Translations under genes and position numbers: made by a program
Source of the DNA: an uncultured delta proteobacterium
GTDB lineage: Bacteria; Desulfobacterota; Binatia; UBA9968
Length of the DNA stretch: 64,000 nucleotides
Direction of reading: 5' to 3'
Assembly: GCA_963728565.1 (NCBI GenBank)
Contig: CAVSLC010000004.1
Location: forward strand, 32,250 to 96,249
The notes under the pieces: model-generated
Databases searched by the model: none
Told to the model about the DNA's origin: nothing
Seen by the model: only the letters and a program-made list of their open reading frames with translations
In this document: positions 63,834 to 64,000 of the stretch, one piece after another
Numbering within the stretch: position 1 is the first letter of the stretch
How the letters are laid out: each line of letters begins with the position of its first letter

Positions 63834-64000
63834 ATGCCTCCAGTCATTTCCATTTCGAACTTGACCAAGACCTACGCTTCCGGGTACCAGGCGCTGAAGG
63901 GTATCGACCTCGAGATCCGCAAGGGTGAAATCTTTGCTCTGTTGGGTCCCAACGGCGCCGGCAAAACCACCGTGATCAGCATCATCTGCGGTATCGTGAC
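63834..64000 (+). CDS. ABC transporter ATP-binding protein (partial; N-terminal 55 aa only)
   Basis: Not in the ORF track because it runs off the window. Manual translation gives [55 protein letters not shown], containing Walker [10 protein letters not shown]. Confidence 0.8.
   Translation, partial: MPPVISISNLTKTYASGYQALKGIDLEIRKGEIFALLGPNGAGKTTVISIICGIV

Overview
This 64 kb window looks like chromosomal DNA from an uncultivated bacterium. GC is in the mid-50s % by eye (not computed), and I cannot assign a lineage from the sequence alone. It is gene dense (about 58 CDS plus one tRNA) and mostly housekeeping.

Main content, in order:
- Minus-strand complex I operon nuoA-B-C-D-H-I-J-K-L, with no nuoE/F/G.
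- Biotin operon bioF-bioA-bioD.
- UdgX-type uracil-DNA glycosylase, divergent from radA.
- tRNA-Leu(CAA).
- ECF sigma / anti-sigma operon.
- Coenzyme F420 cluster cofG-cofD-cofC-cofE-npdG.
- RecD2-like helicase, hisC, clpB, two tandem MFS transporters, dinB.
- Heme cluster hemE-hemH-hemY.
- hrpB and an HpaB-family monooxygenase.
- Three modules that each pair an NMT1/TauA-type solute-binding protein with amidohydrolase-type enzymes.

No rRNA, CRISPR array, transposase, integrase or prophage genes were recognised.

The ORF track omits two genes truncated by the window edges: nuoL at 1..1610 (-) and an ABC ATPase at 63834..64000 (+). It also often starts ORFs at upstream GTG/TTG codons, so I trimmed several starts to ATG codons with a Shine-Dalgarno sequence.

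Most interesting observations:
1. A three-gene module (38445..41196) of a long coiled-coil protein plus two paralogous single-domain KaiC-like ATPases. It sits behind a near-consensus sigma-54-type promoter with phased upstream repeats, immediately upstream of clpB.
2. An ECF sigma operon whose candidate autoregulatory promoter motif (GGTWAAC-N16-CGTCTAA) recurs in front of one of two tandem paralogous small secreted proteins. The other paralog carries a 7 x 12-nt DDRR coding repeat.
3. A minimal secretin-domain-like secreted protein embedded in an amidohydrolase / binding-protein / isomerase cluster.
4. An 11-subunit-type complex I lacking the NADH module, about 16 kb from the F420 cluster.
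5. A glycosylase with the UdgX covalent-crosslinking signature.

All functional calls rest on motif recognition by eye. No database searches were run.
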